Shown here: piece by piece, positions 30,276 to 40,900 of the stretch
How positions within the stretch are numbered: the stretch's first letter is position 1
Layout: each line of letters opens with the position of its first letter
Assembly: GCA_965206595.1 (NCBI GenBank)
Contig: OZ242214.1
Coordinates: forward strand, 6,176,001-6,240,000
Direction of reading: 5' to 3'
Source of the DNA: Candidatus Latescibacterota bacterium
Lineage (GTDB): Bacteria > Latescibacterota > UBA2968 > UBA8231
Length of the DNA stretch: 64,000 bases
Notes under the pieces: generated by a model
The model's database searches: none
Seen by the model: only the letters and a program-made list of their open reading frames with translations
Told to the model about the DNA's origin: nothing
Position numbers and translations under genes: made by a program

Positions 30276-32063
30276 ATGGCCGGGAGCGAGAGCATCAGCT
30301 CCGCAGGTGTCCGCCAGCGGGACAGGGGGACAGAGAGCGGTGCACAGGTCCGCAGGCGCCGCCGTCCCGGCAGCCGGACCGATTCTCCGCCGCCGTTTGC
30401 TGCCCCGGAAGCCGCCCGGTCGTCTCGAGCGCGCCGGTGGCTCTCGAAGATTGTGTCTTCATGGGGGCCGTCACCGACCTTCCGCATCTTCCTCTTCCTC
30501 GGCGGCATCGTCGCCATCATGGGTTTTTTCCTCTACAACGAGTACGTCATCGGCCAGCTGAGGCGGCAGGAGAGAAACAGGGCTGCCCTATACGCCAACC
30601 TCTACGGCCTGGCCTCTTCCCATCATCTGCACGAGGACTTCTCCGAGCAGATCTGGAACACCGTTATCACCAATCCGGAAATCGACTTCCCCATAGTCGT
30701 CACCGACCACCGGGGAGAGATCGTGCTGGTGAAAGGCGAAGGCCTCCCCGCGGCGGGCGACACGTCCGCAGCGGCCGCGGCGCGCCTGCGCGGGATCGTC
30801 GAGCAGATGGACGCCCGCCACAAACCAGTGCGCTTTTTCGAGTCCCCCCTGGCCCTGGGCCTGGTATACTTCGACGGTGGCAACCTCGTTCTGACCGATC
30901 TGTCGGGCCGGGTCGTCACCTGGGGGGGACCGGACCTTCCCGCCGGTGATTCGACAAAGGCGGCAGCTGCAGAGGCGGCGGCAATGCTGCGGGTTCTTGG
31001 CGCTACGGTGACTCCGGATTCGCTGGCAGTCGCCGCAGACGGCCGCAGCAGTCTGTACCTGGACGAAAACGGTTTCCTCGTCGTCGATGCCTCGGGAAAG
31101 GTCGCGGCATGGGGCGGCGGCCGGCTTCCCGTCGATCGTTCTCCCGCTGCCCTGGAGGAGGTACAGCGCGCCGCCGCGGCATGGCCAGCCGGGTCCCCGC
31201 CGGTTTCGTTCCGCGTCCGTACGGAAAAGTTCATCCACTTCGGTCAGTCCGACATGATCGGGCAGATATCTTTCGCACCACTGGTCTCACTGGCAGTCCT
31301 GGGGATCTTCAGCCTGATCGGCTACATCGGTTTCCGCAACATCCGCCGCAGCGAACAGCGCTCGATATGGGTCGGCATGGCGAAGGAGACTGCGCATCAG
31401 CTCGGCACCCCCCTGTCGTCGCTGGCGGGGTGGCTGGAGCTGATGTCGGGAGGTCGCGGGGAGATGCGGGAGGAAAGGGATGGCATCGTTCAGGAGATGC
31501 AGAAGGACATGCGGCGGCTGAACCAGATCGCATCCCGTTTCAGCCAGATCGGCTCGGTGCCGGAACTGCGCCCTTCCGACCTCGGCTCGGTTCTCAGGGA
31601 AACCATCGGCTATTTCCGCGGACGCGGTCCCCAGTTCGGGCGCCATGCTTTCGAAGTCGACCTCGGCGATCTTCCTCCGGTTCCGTTGAACGCGGAGCTG
31701 ATGGGCTGGGCATTCGAGAATCTTTTCAAGAATGCCATGGATGCCATCGGCGGGAACAACGGAACCATCGCCGTGCGCGCCCGCCTGCGCGACCCCGACA
31801 CGGTGTGCATCACCGTCCGCGACAACGGGCGCGGCATCGATGCGGACAGCATCGCCCGCGTTTTCGAACCGGGATTCAGCACCCGCAAGCGGGGTTGGGG
31901 ACTGGGCTTGGCTTTTGTGAAACGAATCGTGGAGGAGTACCACGGAGGCCGCATCCAGATCGCCCACAGCGCCGCGGGCTGGGGGACGACCTTCGAGGTA
32001 GAGCTGCCGGTACGGGGTCCGGGCAACGGCTCCGCCGACGAACCGCGGTCAAGGGGGGAATGA
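30276..32063 (+). CDS. Membrane sensor histidine kinase
   Basis: Two TM segments; H-box WVGMAKETAHQLGTPLSSL, N-box WAFENLFKNAMDA, DNGRGI, GFSTRKRGWGLGL. Confidence 0.93.
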   Translation: MAGSESISSAGVRQRDRGTESGAQVRRRRRPGSRTDSPPPFAAPEAARSSRARRWLSKIVSSWGPSPTFRIFLFLGGIVAIMGFFLYNEYVIGQLRRQERNRAALYANLYGLASSHHLHEDFSEQIWNTVITNPEIDFPIVVTDHRGEIVLVKGEGLPAAGDTSAAAAARLRGIVEQMDARHKPVRFFESPLALGLVYFDGGNLVLTDLSGRVVTWGGPDLPAGDSTKAAAAEAAAMLRVLGATVTPDSLAVAADGRSSLYLDENGFLVVDASGKVAAWGGGRLPVDRSPAALEEVQRAAAAWPAGSPPVSFRVRTEKFIHFGQSDMIGQISFAPLVSLAVLGIFSLIGYIGFRNIRRSEQRSIWVGMAKETAHQLGTPLSSLAGWLELMSGGRGEMREERDGIVQEMQKDMRRLNQIASRFSQIGSVPELRPSDLGSVLRETIGYFRGRGPQFGRHAFEVDLGDLPPVPLNAELMGWAFENLFKNAMDAIGGNNGTIAVRARLRDPDTVCITVRDNGRGIDADSIARVFEPGFSTRKRGWGLGLAFVKRIVEEYHGGRIQIAHSAAGWGTTFEVELPVRGPGNGSADEPRSRGE

Positions 32064-33625
32064 TGGAGTCGAATCGGCGCAAGGTGCTGTGGGCGGACGA
32101 TGAGATCGACATGCTCCGCTCACACTGCCTGTTCCTCAACGAGCGCGGCTACGAGGTGACCCCGGTCAGCAACGGGGAGGACGCGATAACACTGATGCGC
32201 CGCGAGCATTTCGATATCGTGCTTCTCGACGAAATGATGCCCGGGCTCGACGGCCTCGCTACCGTCGAGGAAGTGAAAAACCAGGATCCCAACGTCCCTG
32301 TGATCATGATCACCAAGAACGAGGAAGAGCACCTGATGGACGAGGCCATCGGCCGCCGCCTCGATGACTACCTGACCAAGCCGGTCAACCCGAGCCAGAT
32401 CTTCATGGCCTGCCGGAAAATCCTCGACTCCAGGCAAATTCGCCAGAGCCAGGCCGGCCCGGCGTATGTGTCGCATGCCAACCAGATCCGCGAATGGCTT
32501 TCAGGAACCCAGACTTGGCACACCTGGATCGACATCCACCGTCTGCTGTGCGAATGGGACATCGAGATCTCACGGATCGGCGACCGCGGACTGATGCGGA
32601 TGATCGAGGACCAGCGGCGCGAGTGCAACCAGGAGTTCGCCCGTTATGTCGAGCGGGAATACCCGACCTGGGTGAAGAGCGAAGAGGACTCGCCGCCCTT
32701 GTCGGTCGATGTCGTCTCCGAAAACGTCACACCGCATCTGCAAGCCGGGAAGCAGGTCTTCTTCATCGTCATCGATTGCCTGCGGCTCGATCAGTGGATA
32801 ACGGTAGAACCATTGATTTCGGAATTTTTCAACGTGCGGCGGTCGCACTACTACTCGATCCTGCCTACGGCGACTCCCTACGCCCGCAACGCCCTTTTCA
32901 GCGGCCTCTTTCCAAGCGAGATAGCGTCGAAGTACGCAGAGCAGTGGTCGACGGGAACCGACGACGAACAGAGCCTCAATCGTCACGAGCACCGCTTTCT
33001 CGACGACCTGATCGCCGCCGCGGGGATTGAACTCGCCGGGCCCACGCGCTACACCAAGATCCTCGAGGCGGGAGAGGGGCGGGATGCGGCGCGCCGAGTG
33101 GATTCGATGGGGACCGCCCCCTTGGTCGCGCTGGTCTACAACTTCCTCGACATGCTGGTCCACGGCCGTTCCAACTCCGAGCTCCTGCGGGAGATAGCCC
33201 CTGAGGAGAGTGCCTTCCGCTCCCTGGTGCAGTCGTGGTTCGAGCACTCCTCGCTGTTCGAGCTGCTGAAGAAGGTTGCGCGTATGGATGCCGTCGTCGT
33301 CCTGACGACGGATCACGGAGCCGTGCGCGGCAGGCGCGCGACCATGGTCCACGCCGACCGTCAGACATCCCCGAGCCTGCGCTACAAAAAGGGGCGGAAC
33401 CTGCGCTGCGATTCGAAGGACGCCCTGCTGATTGCGGAACCGCTCACGTACGGACTCCCCCACGCCGGGTTGGGGGGCAACTACCTGATCGCAAAGGAAG
33501 ATTTCTACTTCGTGTATCCCAGGAAATTCAATGAGTATCAGCGCCACTACAAAGACAGCTTCCAGCACGGCGGCATCTCCCTGGAGGAGATGATCCTGCC
33601 AGTGGTCACCCTTGAGCCGCGATGA
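32060..33625 (+). CDS. porX: PorX-like bifunctional response regulator / PglZ alkaline-phosphatase-domain protein
   Basis: VLWADDEIDML, LLDEMMPG, MITKNEEE, DDYLTKPVNPSQI, IDCLRLDQW, SILPTATPYARNALFSG, VYNFLDMLVH, TTDHG, SFQHGGISLEEMILP. Confidence 0.9.
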   Translation: MMESNRRKVLWADDEIDMLRSHCLFLNERGYEVTPVSNGEDAITLMRREHFDIVLLDEMMPGLDGLATVEEVKNQDPNVPVIMITKNEEEHLMDEAIGRRLDDYLTKPVNPSQIFMACRKILDSRQIRQSQAGPAYVSHANQIREWLSGTQTWHTWIDIHRLLCEWDIEISRIGDRGLMRMIEDQRRECNQEFARYVEREYPTWVKSEEDSPPLSVDVVSENVTPHLQAGKQVFFIVIDCLRLDQWITVEPLISEFFNVRRSHYYSILPTATPYARNALFSGLFPSEIASKYAEQWSTGTDDEQSLNRHEHRFLDDLIAAAGIELAGPTRYTKILEAGEGRDAARRVDSMGTAPLVALVYNFLDMLVHGRSNSELLREIAPEESAFRSLVQSWFEHSSLFELLKKVARMDAVVVLTTDHGAVRGRRATMVHADRQTSPSLRYKKGRNLRCDSKDALLIAEPLTYGLPHAGLGGNYLIAKEDFYFVYPRKFNEYQRHYKDSFQHGGISLEEMILPVVTLEPR

Positions 33626-34125
33626 CGAGCGGGACCTCTGCGGAGGTATCGTCCTCCTGGCCGGATCCGGGTTTCACCGGCGGCGTGAAGACGACCCATT
33701 CGGCCGCCCAAACGCGGGCCTTGGGGGCTCGATTCGCCGCTCTGCTCAGTCCCGGAGAGCTGGTGGCTCTCAGCGGCGAACTGGGGGCCGGCAAGACCTG
33801 TTTCATCCAGGGAATCTGCACCGGGCTCGGCGTCGAAGAGACCGTTAACAGCCCGACATTCATCCTGATGAACCAGTACTCCGGACGTCGCCCCGGCATT
33901 GCGATTACCATCTCCCACTTCGATTTTTACCGCCTCTCGGGCGCTGGCGAGCTCGACAGCTTCGGGGCGGATGAATTCTTCGACGGAGATGGCATATGCT
34001 TGGTAGAGTGGGCGGAGCGGGCGTCGGAGCGGCTGCCGCCGCGGCGCTGGCAGGTTGAAATGGAGTACGACGGTGCCGGCTCGCGGTCGCTTCGCTTCTG
34101 CAAGCTCGGCATAGGGACCAGCTGA
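33622..34125 (+). CDS. tsaE: tRNA threonylcarbamoyladenosine biosynthesis ATPase TsaE
   Basis: LSGELGAGKTCF, VNSPTFILMNQY, HFDFYRL, CLVEWAE. Confidence 0.95.
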   Translation: MTSGTSAEVSSSWPDPGFTGGVKTTHSAAQTRALGARFAALLSPGELVALSGELGAGKTCFIQGICTGLGVEETVNSPTFILMNQYSGRRPGIAITISHFDFYRLSGAGELDSFGADEFFDGDGICLVEWAERASERLPPRRWQVEMEYDGAGSRSLRFCKLGIGTS

Positions 34126-34127
34126 CT

Positions 34128-34934
34128 ATGGAGAGTGCCAGATTGCCACGCCTGCAAGGAAAGCCGGCCAGCATGATTTTCACGTTGCTGTTGCTCTGCG
34201 CGAGCGCCTGGGCGCAGGAGGCGGAGCCGGTACGGCTGGTCGACAGCCCGACCGCCGGACTGACCTCCAAGGGGCGCTTCGGCATCGACCTGCGGCTGTT
34301 TTCGAACGGCGGTGTAATCGGCGAGGTGAACGCCGGGATCCTGAAGCGCATTGCGATCGGCCTTTCCTTCGGCGGCACGGAGATCATCGGCGACGACGCG
34401 GTTTCCTGGTATCCCCGTGTAGAGGCCGCGGCTCGCTATCGCGTGATCGAGGAGAGTTCGGCAATGCCGGGGGTAGCCATCGGATACGAAACCCAGGGGT
34501 ACGGCGCCTACGAAGAGAACCGCTACCAGATAAAATCGAAGGGACTGTTCGCGGCGTTCAGCAAGAACTACTCCTCCGCCGTGGGCCAGTTCGGCCTTCA
34601 TGCCGGAATCAACCTGACGCGCGAAGACGCGGACGACGGGGATCTGTCCGGGTGGTTGGGCGTCGACAAGAGGATCGGCAGGCAGCTGTCGATCGTCGGC
34701 GAGTACGACCTGGCCATCAACGACAACGGAGATGACACGCTGGGATCGGGAAAGGGCTACCTGAATTTCGGTGCATACTGGTCTGCGGTACCGAACATCG
34801 GTATCGGCATTCTGCTGAAAAACGTTCTCAGAAATCGGGACGCGCCGGAATCCGGAGACCCGGTTTATCAGCTATTATCTGCGGATCCCGACATCAGCCG
34901 AGAGATATCCATCCGCTATACCGAGGAGTTCTGA
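34128..34934 (+). CDS. YjbH-like outer-membrane beta-barrel protein
   Basis: Signal peptide (alternative start 34173), LVDSPTAGL, amphipathic strands (IGLSFGG, PGVAIGY, LFAAFSKNY, GEYDLA, GYLNFG), terminal Phe. Confidence 0.6.
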   Translation: MESARLPRLQGKPASMIFTLLLLCASAWAQEAEPVRLVDSPTAGLTSKGRFGIDLRLFSNGGVIGEVNAGILKRIAIGLSFGGTEIIGDDAVSWYPRVEAAARYRVIEESSAMPGVAIGYETQGYGAYEENRYQIKSKGLFAAFSKNYSSAVGQFGLHAGINLTREDADDGDLSGWLGVDKRIGRQLSIVGEYDLAINDNGDDTLGSGKGYLNFGAYWSAVPNIGIGILLKNVLRNRDAPESGDPVYQLLSADPDISREISIRYTEEF

Positions 34935-34938
34935 GAGG

Positions 34939-36249
34939 ATGCTGACATCCCGGTTGATCATGGCATTGACTTCGCTGGCGCTGGCGATCCCGGTGTTTCC
35001 CCAGGAGGAGCGCGCTGTAGACCACTTCGCCGGGGTAGGGGTGCGGGCGATGGGGATGGGGGGAGCCTACGCGGGAGTAGCGGATGATTTCACCGCGATC
35101 TTCTGGAATCCGGCCGGACTGGTGCAGGTGCAGGAGCGGGAAGTCCATGTCGCCTTCCTGCGCAACGGGGTCACCAACGAATCGGAGCTGGAAGGCACCG
35201 GCTCGAGCTCCGAACTCAGCAACACGCGCTTCGGTTCGCTCGGATTCGTCTATCCCTACCCGGTGTACAGGGGCAGTCTAGTGTTCGCCGCCGGCTTCAA
35301 TCGCGTCAAGGATTTCGATTGGAGCTTGCGGGAGCGCGGCTTCGTCGCCGCCGACAGTCTGTCGTTCGACAACCACTTCAGCCATGAAGGGGAGCTGGCC
35401 ATGACTTCGGTGGCGGCTGCGGCGGACGTCTCCCCTTCGATCTCCCTCGGGGTCGCAGCCAGCCTGATTTCCGGGGAGGACGAGGCGGTCAACGAATACG
35501 AAACGCTGGATAGCGAAGACTACTTTCTCGAAAGGCGGTTCACGGCGAGAGAGGTCTTTGTCGACGACTACCAGACGACCTACCAGGTCACCCTGGGCGC
35601 CATGGTCCGGTCGCCCGTGGTGCGGTTCGGGTTGACGGTCGGGACCGGACCGACGCACGAAGTACGCTACACCTTCAAAGCACCTCCGGAGGCCGGCTGG
35701 AATTCGATCGAATACGACGACGGCTCGTTGGTGGAAACACCGAACGAGCCGATAAAGGATTCGTACGAGATCTCGTTGCCGCTCGAGTTCGGGGTCGGCG
35801 TGTCGCTACGTCCCGTTCCCGGGCTGCTGCTCGCCGCCGGTGTCCACGTGGCCGAGTGGACGCAGACCGAGTACCGCGGAAAAGACGAAAGCGAAGTACG
35901 GGCAAACACCTCCTTCGAGTCTCAGTACCGGGACGGGACCCGCTACCACTTCGGGGTTGAGTGGCAGGTGCCGGTGGTGGCCCTCGACCTGCGCGCGGGG
36001 TACTACACCGACCCGCTACCCTTCCTCGGTCCGCGCGATGCTAATCGGGAGGTCGACAGCGAGACGAATCCTCTCGTAATCGCCAAGCGGGACCGCGCCT
36101 TCCTGACCTTTGGCGCGGGCCTGGAAATGGAGGAGGCGGTAGAGGTGAATCTCGCCTGGAACCGCGGAACCTTCGAGCGCCTGGAGCATCCCTTGCAGGA
36201 AGAGGTCACCGTGGACCGGGCCTTCATAGGGTTGTCCTATCACTTCTGA
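34939..36249 (+). CDS. OmpP1/FadL/PorV-superfamily outer-membrane protein
   Basis: GVGVRAMGMGGAYAGVADDFTAIFWNPAGL hatch motif, LRAGYY.DP, C-terminal IGLSYHF. Confidence 0.85.
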   Translation: MLTSRLIMALTSLALAIPVFPQEERAVDHFAGVGVRAMGMGGAYAGVADDFTAIFWNPAGLVQVQEREVHVAFLRNGVTNESELEGTGSSSELSNTRFGSLGFVYPYPVYRGSLVFAAGFNRVKDFDWSLRERGFVAADSLSFDNHFSHEGELAMTSVAAAADVSPSISLGVAASLISGEDEAVNEYETLDSEDYFLERRFTAREVFVDDYQTTYQVTLGAMVRSPVVRFGLTVGTGPTHEVRYTFKAPPEAGWNSIEYDDGSLVETPNEPIKDSYEISLPLEFGVGVSLRPVPGLLLAAGVHVAEWTQTEYRGKDESEVRANTSFESQYRDGTRYHFGVEWQVPVVALDLRAGYYTDPLPFLGPRDANREVDSETNPLVIAKRDRAFLTFGAGLEMEEAVEVNLAWNRGTFERLEHPLQEEVTVDRAFIGLSYHF

Positions 36250-36262
36250 CCTCGCGGGAGCC

Positions 36263-36291
36263 TTGGATCGAACCGATACCGGGTGTATATT
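36263..36291 (+). promoter_or_regulatory. Putative sigma70-type promoter
   Basis: TTGGAT-N17-TATATT upstream of the lipoprotein gene; AGGAGG RBS at 36355. Confidence 0.45.
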
Positions 36292-36371
36292 GAAAGAAAA
36301 TTGCCTGTGAAGGGTTGGGCAGCCAGTGCGAAAAAGACACAACAGGCTGAAAACAGGAGGTTGTGTTCATC

Positions 36372-37088
36372 ATGAAAAAAGGGACAGGAATTGTGATCGT
36401 CGGCCTGGGCGCCGTCAGCTTGTCGTTGAGCGGATGTTACACGGTGCTGAGTTCGCCGTACGCCGCCGATGATGCCAGGGAAGATGCCCGCTACGCCCGC
36501 TGGGAAGAGGAGATCATCAAGGACGGGTACGCACCTACCATCGGTCGTTTCGACGACCGCGACCGGTGGGACAGCCCGTACGACTATGGCCGCCAGGGTT
36601 TTCCGGTCTTCGGGTACAACTCCCAGTACGGCGCCTACGGAATGGGAGCCTTTAGCAGCCCCTACGGTGCGTATGGCGGCTACGGGGCGCCTTACAGCTA
36701 CGGCAATGATCCGTACTACAACAACGGCTACGGTCCCTACGGCTACGGCTACGATCCGTATTACGTGAACCCCGACGGGGTCTACGTGCCTCCAGGGTAC
36801 GAGCTGGTGACCACGTCGGAGCTCCTCCAGCTGAGGGAGGATGTCCGGGCCCTCACCAATACCACCCAGGATCATCTGCCCACGATCGATGAAGAGGCCT
36901 TGCGGATGCAGAGGATCGAGACCGACAGGCAGAACTGGCAGCGCCGCAACACTCCCCGCGCTACCAGAACCGCACCGACGACCAAGCGGGAGACAACCTC
37001 GACATCCTCCGCCCCGGCCGCCAAGCAGGCGACGGAAGAAGAATCTTCGGGCGAGTCGAATGCCGGGAGTAGACGAGGCCGCCGTTAG
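36372..37088 (+). CDS. Lipoprotein with a Tyr/Gly-rich low-complexity segment
   Basis: MKK...LSLSGC lipobox, then YTVL; YGAYGMG...YGPYGYGYDPYY; disordered Arg/Ser/Thr-rich tail. Confidence 0.75.
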   Translation: MKKGTGIVIVGLGAVSLSLSGCYTVLSSPYAADDAREDARYARWEEEIIKDGYAPTIGRFDDRDRWDSPYDYGRQGFPVFGYNSQYGAYGMGAFSSPYGAYGGYGAPYSYGNDPYYNNGYGPYGYGYDPYYVNPDGVYVPPGYELVTTSELLQLREDVRALTNTTQDHLPTIDEEALRMQRIETDRQNWQRRNTPRATRTAPTTKRETTSTSSAPAAKQATEEESSGESNAGSRRGRR

Positions 37089-37122
37089 CTGCCGGTTCAG
37101 CTCCGAAAATCGCACGACGAGA

Positions 37123-37159
37123 AGGCGGATGACCCGTTCCGGGCCATCCGCCTCTTTTT
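37123..37159 (+). terminator. Rho-independent terminator between convergent genes
   Basis: AGGCGGATG-a-CCCG ttc CGGG-c-CATCCGCCT followed by CTTTTT. Confidence 0.8.
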
Positions 37160-37190
37160 GGTCCTTGGAGACACCTGCGGGCGGCTCGGC

Positions 37191-37910
37191 TCACTCTCCC
37201 GAGAGATCGAAATGCCGGCCTTCCAGCGTCGGCGGAGGTGCCACGCGTATCAGGAACTGCCTCAGCGGCCCCGTCAAGGCGGACAGCAACTGGCGCTCCC
37301 CGCCGTCCCCGCCGCCCAGCAGGTTGACCTGCATCGGTTGCCAGTTGCTGCTGCGCTGGCGTTGCTGGGTCCACGACCCGCCGGTCCGCAGGTTGATCAG
37401 CGAAAGTTTCAGGTCGACCGAGATGTTCATACCCGGCGTGTGCACCATCCCGTACCGGCTCGGGGATACCGGGGTCATCTGCGCCTGGAAGCTTTCCAGG
37501 ACGAGGTAGATCACCGCGTCGATCTCCAGCTCCTCTCGCAGGCCGGTGCGATTCTCCTCCGCAGCAAGCCAAGTGGAGTCGAAGAAAACTTCCTTGAAAT
37601 GCCAGCGGATCTCGTCCTGGGCGATCACGCGGCTCTCCGGGAGGTTGTGGCTGATCGACTTGGCCGTCGCATCGGTCAGGCGGCCCATCACCTTCTCTAT
37701 GTCCATGCCCCGAACCTCCTCGATGTTGGTTCCGGACAGGACGCCGATGGTCTCCACGTCCTTGAGCAGCGGGGAGAGTTCCGGATCCGGCAGCGCTGGC
37801 GCCCGGAACTCGACCTGCTTGAACGAGCCTTTGCCCGAGCGTCCGGCGCAACCGGCCAGCCCGAATACGAGCGCGGCGCCTACCAGGGCGACACTAAAAG
37901 CTTTTGCCAA
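37191..37910 (-). CDS. Hypothetical lipoprotein (possibly CsgG/TolB-N-like fold)
   Basis: LVFGLAGC lipobox; IGVL...LREELEIDAVIY. Overlaps the end of the Omp85 gene; TTG start. Confidence 0.6.
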   Translation of the reverse strand: MAKAFSVALVGAALVFGLAGCAGRSGKGSFKQVEFRAPALPDPELSPLLKDVETIGVLSGTNIEEVRGMDIEKVMGRLTDATAKSISHNLPESRVIAQDEIRWHFKEVFFDSTWLAAEENRTGLREELEIDAVIYLVLESFQAQMTPVSPSRYGMVHTPGMNISVDLKLSLINLRTGGSWTQQRQRSSNWQPMQVNLLGGGDGGERQLLSALTGPLRQFLIRVAPPPTLEGRHFDLSGE

Positions 37911-40900
37911 AGCTGAAGTGCATGCGCCAGTCGGAGAAGTCCTTCAGGTCCGTCTGGCGGGCAAACTCGAAGTTCATGGGAGCCAGGAAGTAGACGAGCA
38001 GGCCGAATCCCACTCCGGCGCGCAGTTTGCGCGGCTCTCCCTCTTCTTCGCGCGGGGCGTCCGGCTGCATCAGCGGCCACGGTTCGAGTGTGTCTCCGTC
38101 CTTCCAGGTCCCACCGAGGTCGAAAAAGAAGCTGCCGTCGACCGCGGGGATGGCGAAGGTCCCGGGCCACCCGAAGGTAATGTTGCGGATGAAGGGAACC
38201 CGGACCTCGCTGTTGACCAGGAGGACGCGGCTTCCGGTGAACTCGGAGAACGGGTACCCTCGCAGCGGTCCGACGTTGAGGTTGTAACCCGGATAGAAGG
38301 GCAGAACCCAGGAGGGCCCGCCGAGATTGTAGGTAAGCCCGTCTCTACCCAGCGAGCCGACGCCGACCCCGCGCAGCCCCAGCACCGACCACCTGCCCAA
38401 GCGGACATAGTGACGATAGTCCGCTTCGATGTGGGAGAATGAGCGGTCGCCGCCGGTGAGAACCAGGGTGCGCCCGACCGAAAGGTAGTACTTGCGGCCC
38501 GACGTCGGACCGAGCAGGCCGTTGTTGAGCGAATCGTGGACGTAGGCGGTCTTGAACAGGTGGGTGCTGAAGCTCTCGATAGTCTCCGTTTCCGGCCAAA
38601 TCAGCTCCCGCCTCTCGTCGACAAAAGAGTAGCTCAACTCGACGCGGCGGTATATGTCGAGGGGATAGGTCGCGTCGGTCAACAGGCCCCCCTGACGGCT
38701 TCGTACCAATCCGCGCACCTGGCGGCCGCGAAAGAAAAACAGGCGGTTTTCGGTGTCGTTGAAATACTGATTCCAGTTGAAGATGGTGGCGCTGTAGGTC
38801 GGCCTTTGGCCGAAGTAGCTGTAGCCGACGGCAAAGGTTAAGTCGTTGTTGATCTCCCGCGAGCCGACGTAGTCGGTGAACATCACCAGCGAGTGGTTGC
38901 CGAGGAGGTCGCTCATGCTCAACTGGGCGATGCCTGACAGGAAGCCGTTGAAATACCCCATCTGAAACGAAACGCCGTCGAATTCCAGCGTGGGTGTATA
39001 GCGCCGTCGCGGCATTTCATCAAGGGCGAGCGCCCCGTTCCCTGCAAGGCCGGACTCGAGCTGAATACCACCGGAGGCCGCAACCGGTGGGACCGCCTCC
39101 GGGGAATCGGGTACTTCGGAAATCCCGGTGACAGCGTCCAGCGGCTGAGATGCCTCCGCCAGTTTGACCGCCTTCCCCTGACCGAAGGCCGCCTGATCCA
39201 GGAGAGAGGGAGCCGCATCGGCGAGGCCGTCCAGCGGCGTATCTCGAAGGACCGCCGCCAACGCTGACGTGTCCGCGGCTGCGGGGGTCACTGGCTCCGC
39301 CGCCTGAGGGGAAGCGGCCTCCGCCCCGCCCGGCCCGGACACCCGGGCAGCCAGCTCGGCATCCCTGCCCTTGATCTCCGGCCAGCTCGGCATGTCGAGC
39401 CGGTACAACTCCTGGCGGCCGTGATAATAGGTTCCCAGCACGATCTGCTTGCCGTCGGGGGACAGCGCCGGCGACATGACGCCGCTGATGGTGCGCGTGA
39501 TGCGGAACTCCCGACCCGTCTCCAGGTGTTGGACGAAGAGGTCGTTTATGCGCTCGCGCGTCGAGACGAAAAGCATCTTGTTGCCTTCGGGCAGCCACTG
39601 GGGCCACATATCGTCGGTCGGGCTGGAAATGAGGCCCCGGGTGCGGCCGGTCGCGACGTCGTACTCGCGAATGTCGAACTGGCCGTCGCGCTTGGCGCTG
39701 AACGCGATCCTGGCGCCATCCGGAGACCATGCCGGGTAGTCTTCGCGGGTCGGAGTGCCTGTCACCTGGGTCAGCTGCCGGGAGTCGACGTCCACATAGT
39801 AGATGTCGCTCTGGCCGTACCCCGTGCCGACGAACGCCAGGCGCCGGCTGTCGGGAGCCCAATCGAGGCCCCTGATGACCTCGAGGTCTTCGAAGACGAT
39901 GGTCCCGGTTACTTCCTTGTTGTAGAGGTCCCACAGAAGCAGCAGGTCCTTGGGCCCTTTTTTGGCGACGAAGGCGATGGTGCGGCCGTCGGGAGCCCAG
40001 GCGACCGAGCCCTGGCCGAAGGTCAGGTCGTCGAAAATCGCGGTGCGCATGCCCGTGGTGATGCGCTCGATAACCGTGCCGTTGCGCAGCCTGATGATGT
40101 CGATATGCTCCTCGACGCCGTCGGTGGAGAGCACGGCGAGCATGTCGCCGCTGAGGGACCAGCGCGGAGCCGCGTAGAGCGAATGGACGTCGTCGTCCTG
40201 CACGACCCGGGTGGCGAATTCCGAGACGTAGTCGCGGTTCTGCAACAGCGGCCAGTACTTCTTGCGCATGTGCGCCTGCCAGCGTTCGTCGAGGGTCTTC
40301 ATGTCGACGTCGAGCAGCCGTTCCAGGAGCTTGTCGGTGTCGGTCCGGCTGTCCCATACGCGGAGAATTCTGCTGATCTTCTCAGGGCCGTAGTTCGCCT
40401 CGATGTACTCCATCAGGCTGTGGCCCTGCTTGTAGGCGAGGAACGCATTGGGCAGGTAGTCCCAGGAAGAGTCCATCACCTCAAGGGGAATCAGCTCGTC
40501 GGTGAGGACGGCGTCGCGCAGCACCATCTCGTCGATGGTGCCCATGCCGGCCTCACCTTCGGCGAACTGCGCCAGCCCCTCCATGATCCAGGTGGGCGGG
40601 TGGGCGACCGGGTTGGTGATCCGTTTAACGGGTCCGCGGTTGACGATGTCGTACTGGAAGATGTGCATCAGCTCGTGCACGAGGACGTTGCGGAAGTTGT
40701 CGAGGTCGCCGTCGAAGGGGATGACCATGCGGTAGCGCAGCGGCTCGGCGAAGCCGGCCACCCCCGGAGGCAGGAAGGCCTGGATGATGTTGGTCTGCTG
40801 AAACTCGTAGTGCGACTTGAAGATTACGATCGGCGGTTTCGTCGAAAGCTCGTGGCGCATCAGGCCGCTGATGTGATCGTAGGCCTCCTCGAGAAAGAGG

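Noticed and set aside
31109-32059. Apparent 317-aa N-terminal extension of PorX in the 838-aa ORF
   Set aside because: It overlaps the kinase in another frame and is Arg/Pro-rich noise; the real start is ATG 32060/32063 after AAGGGGGG
32060-33625. PglZ domain as evidence of a BREX defence system
   Set aside because: It is fused to a receiver domain in the PorX architecture, and no brxC, pglX or brxL genes are nearby
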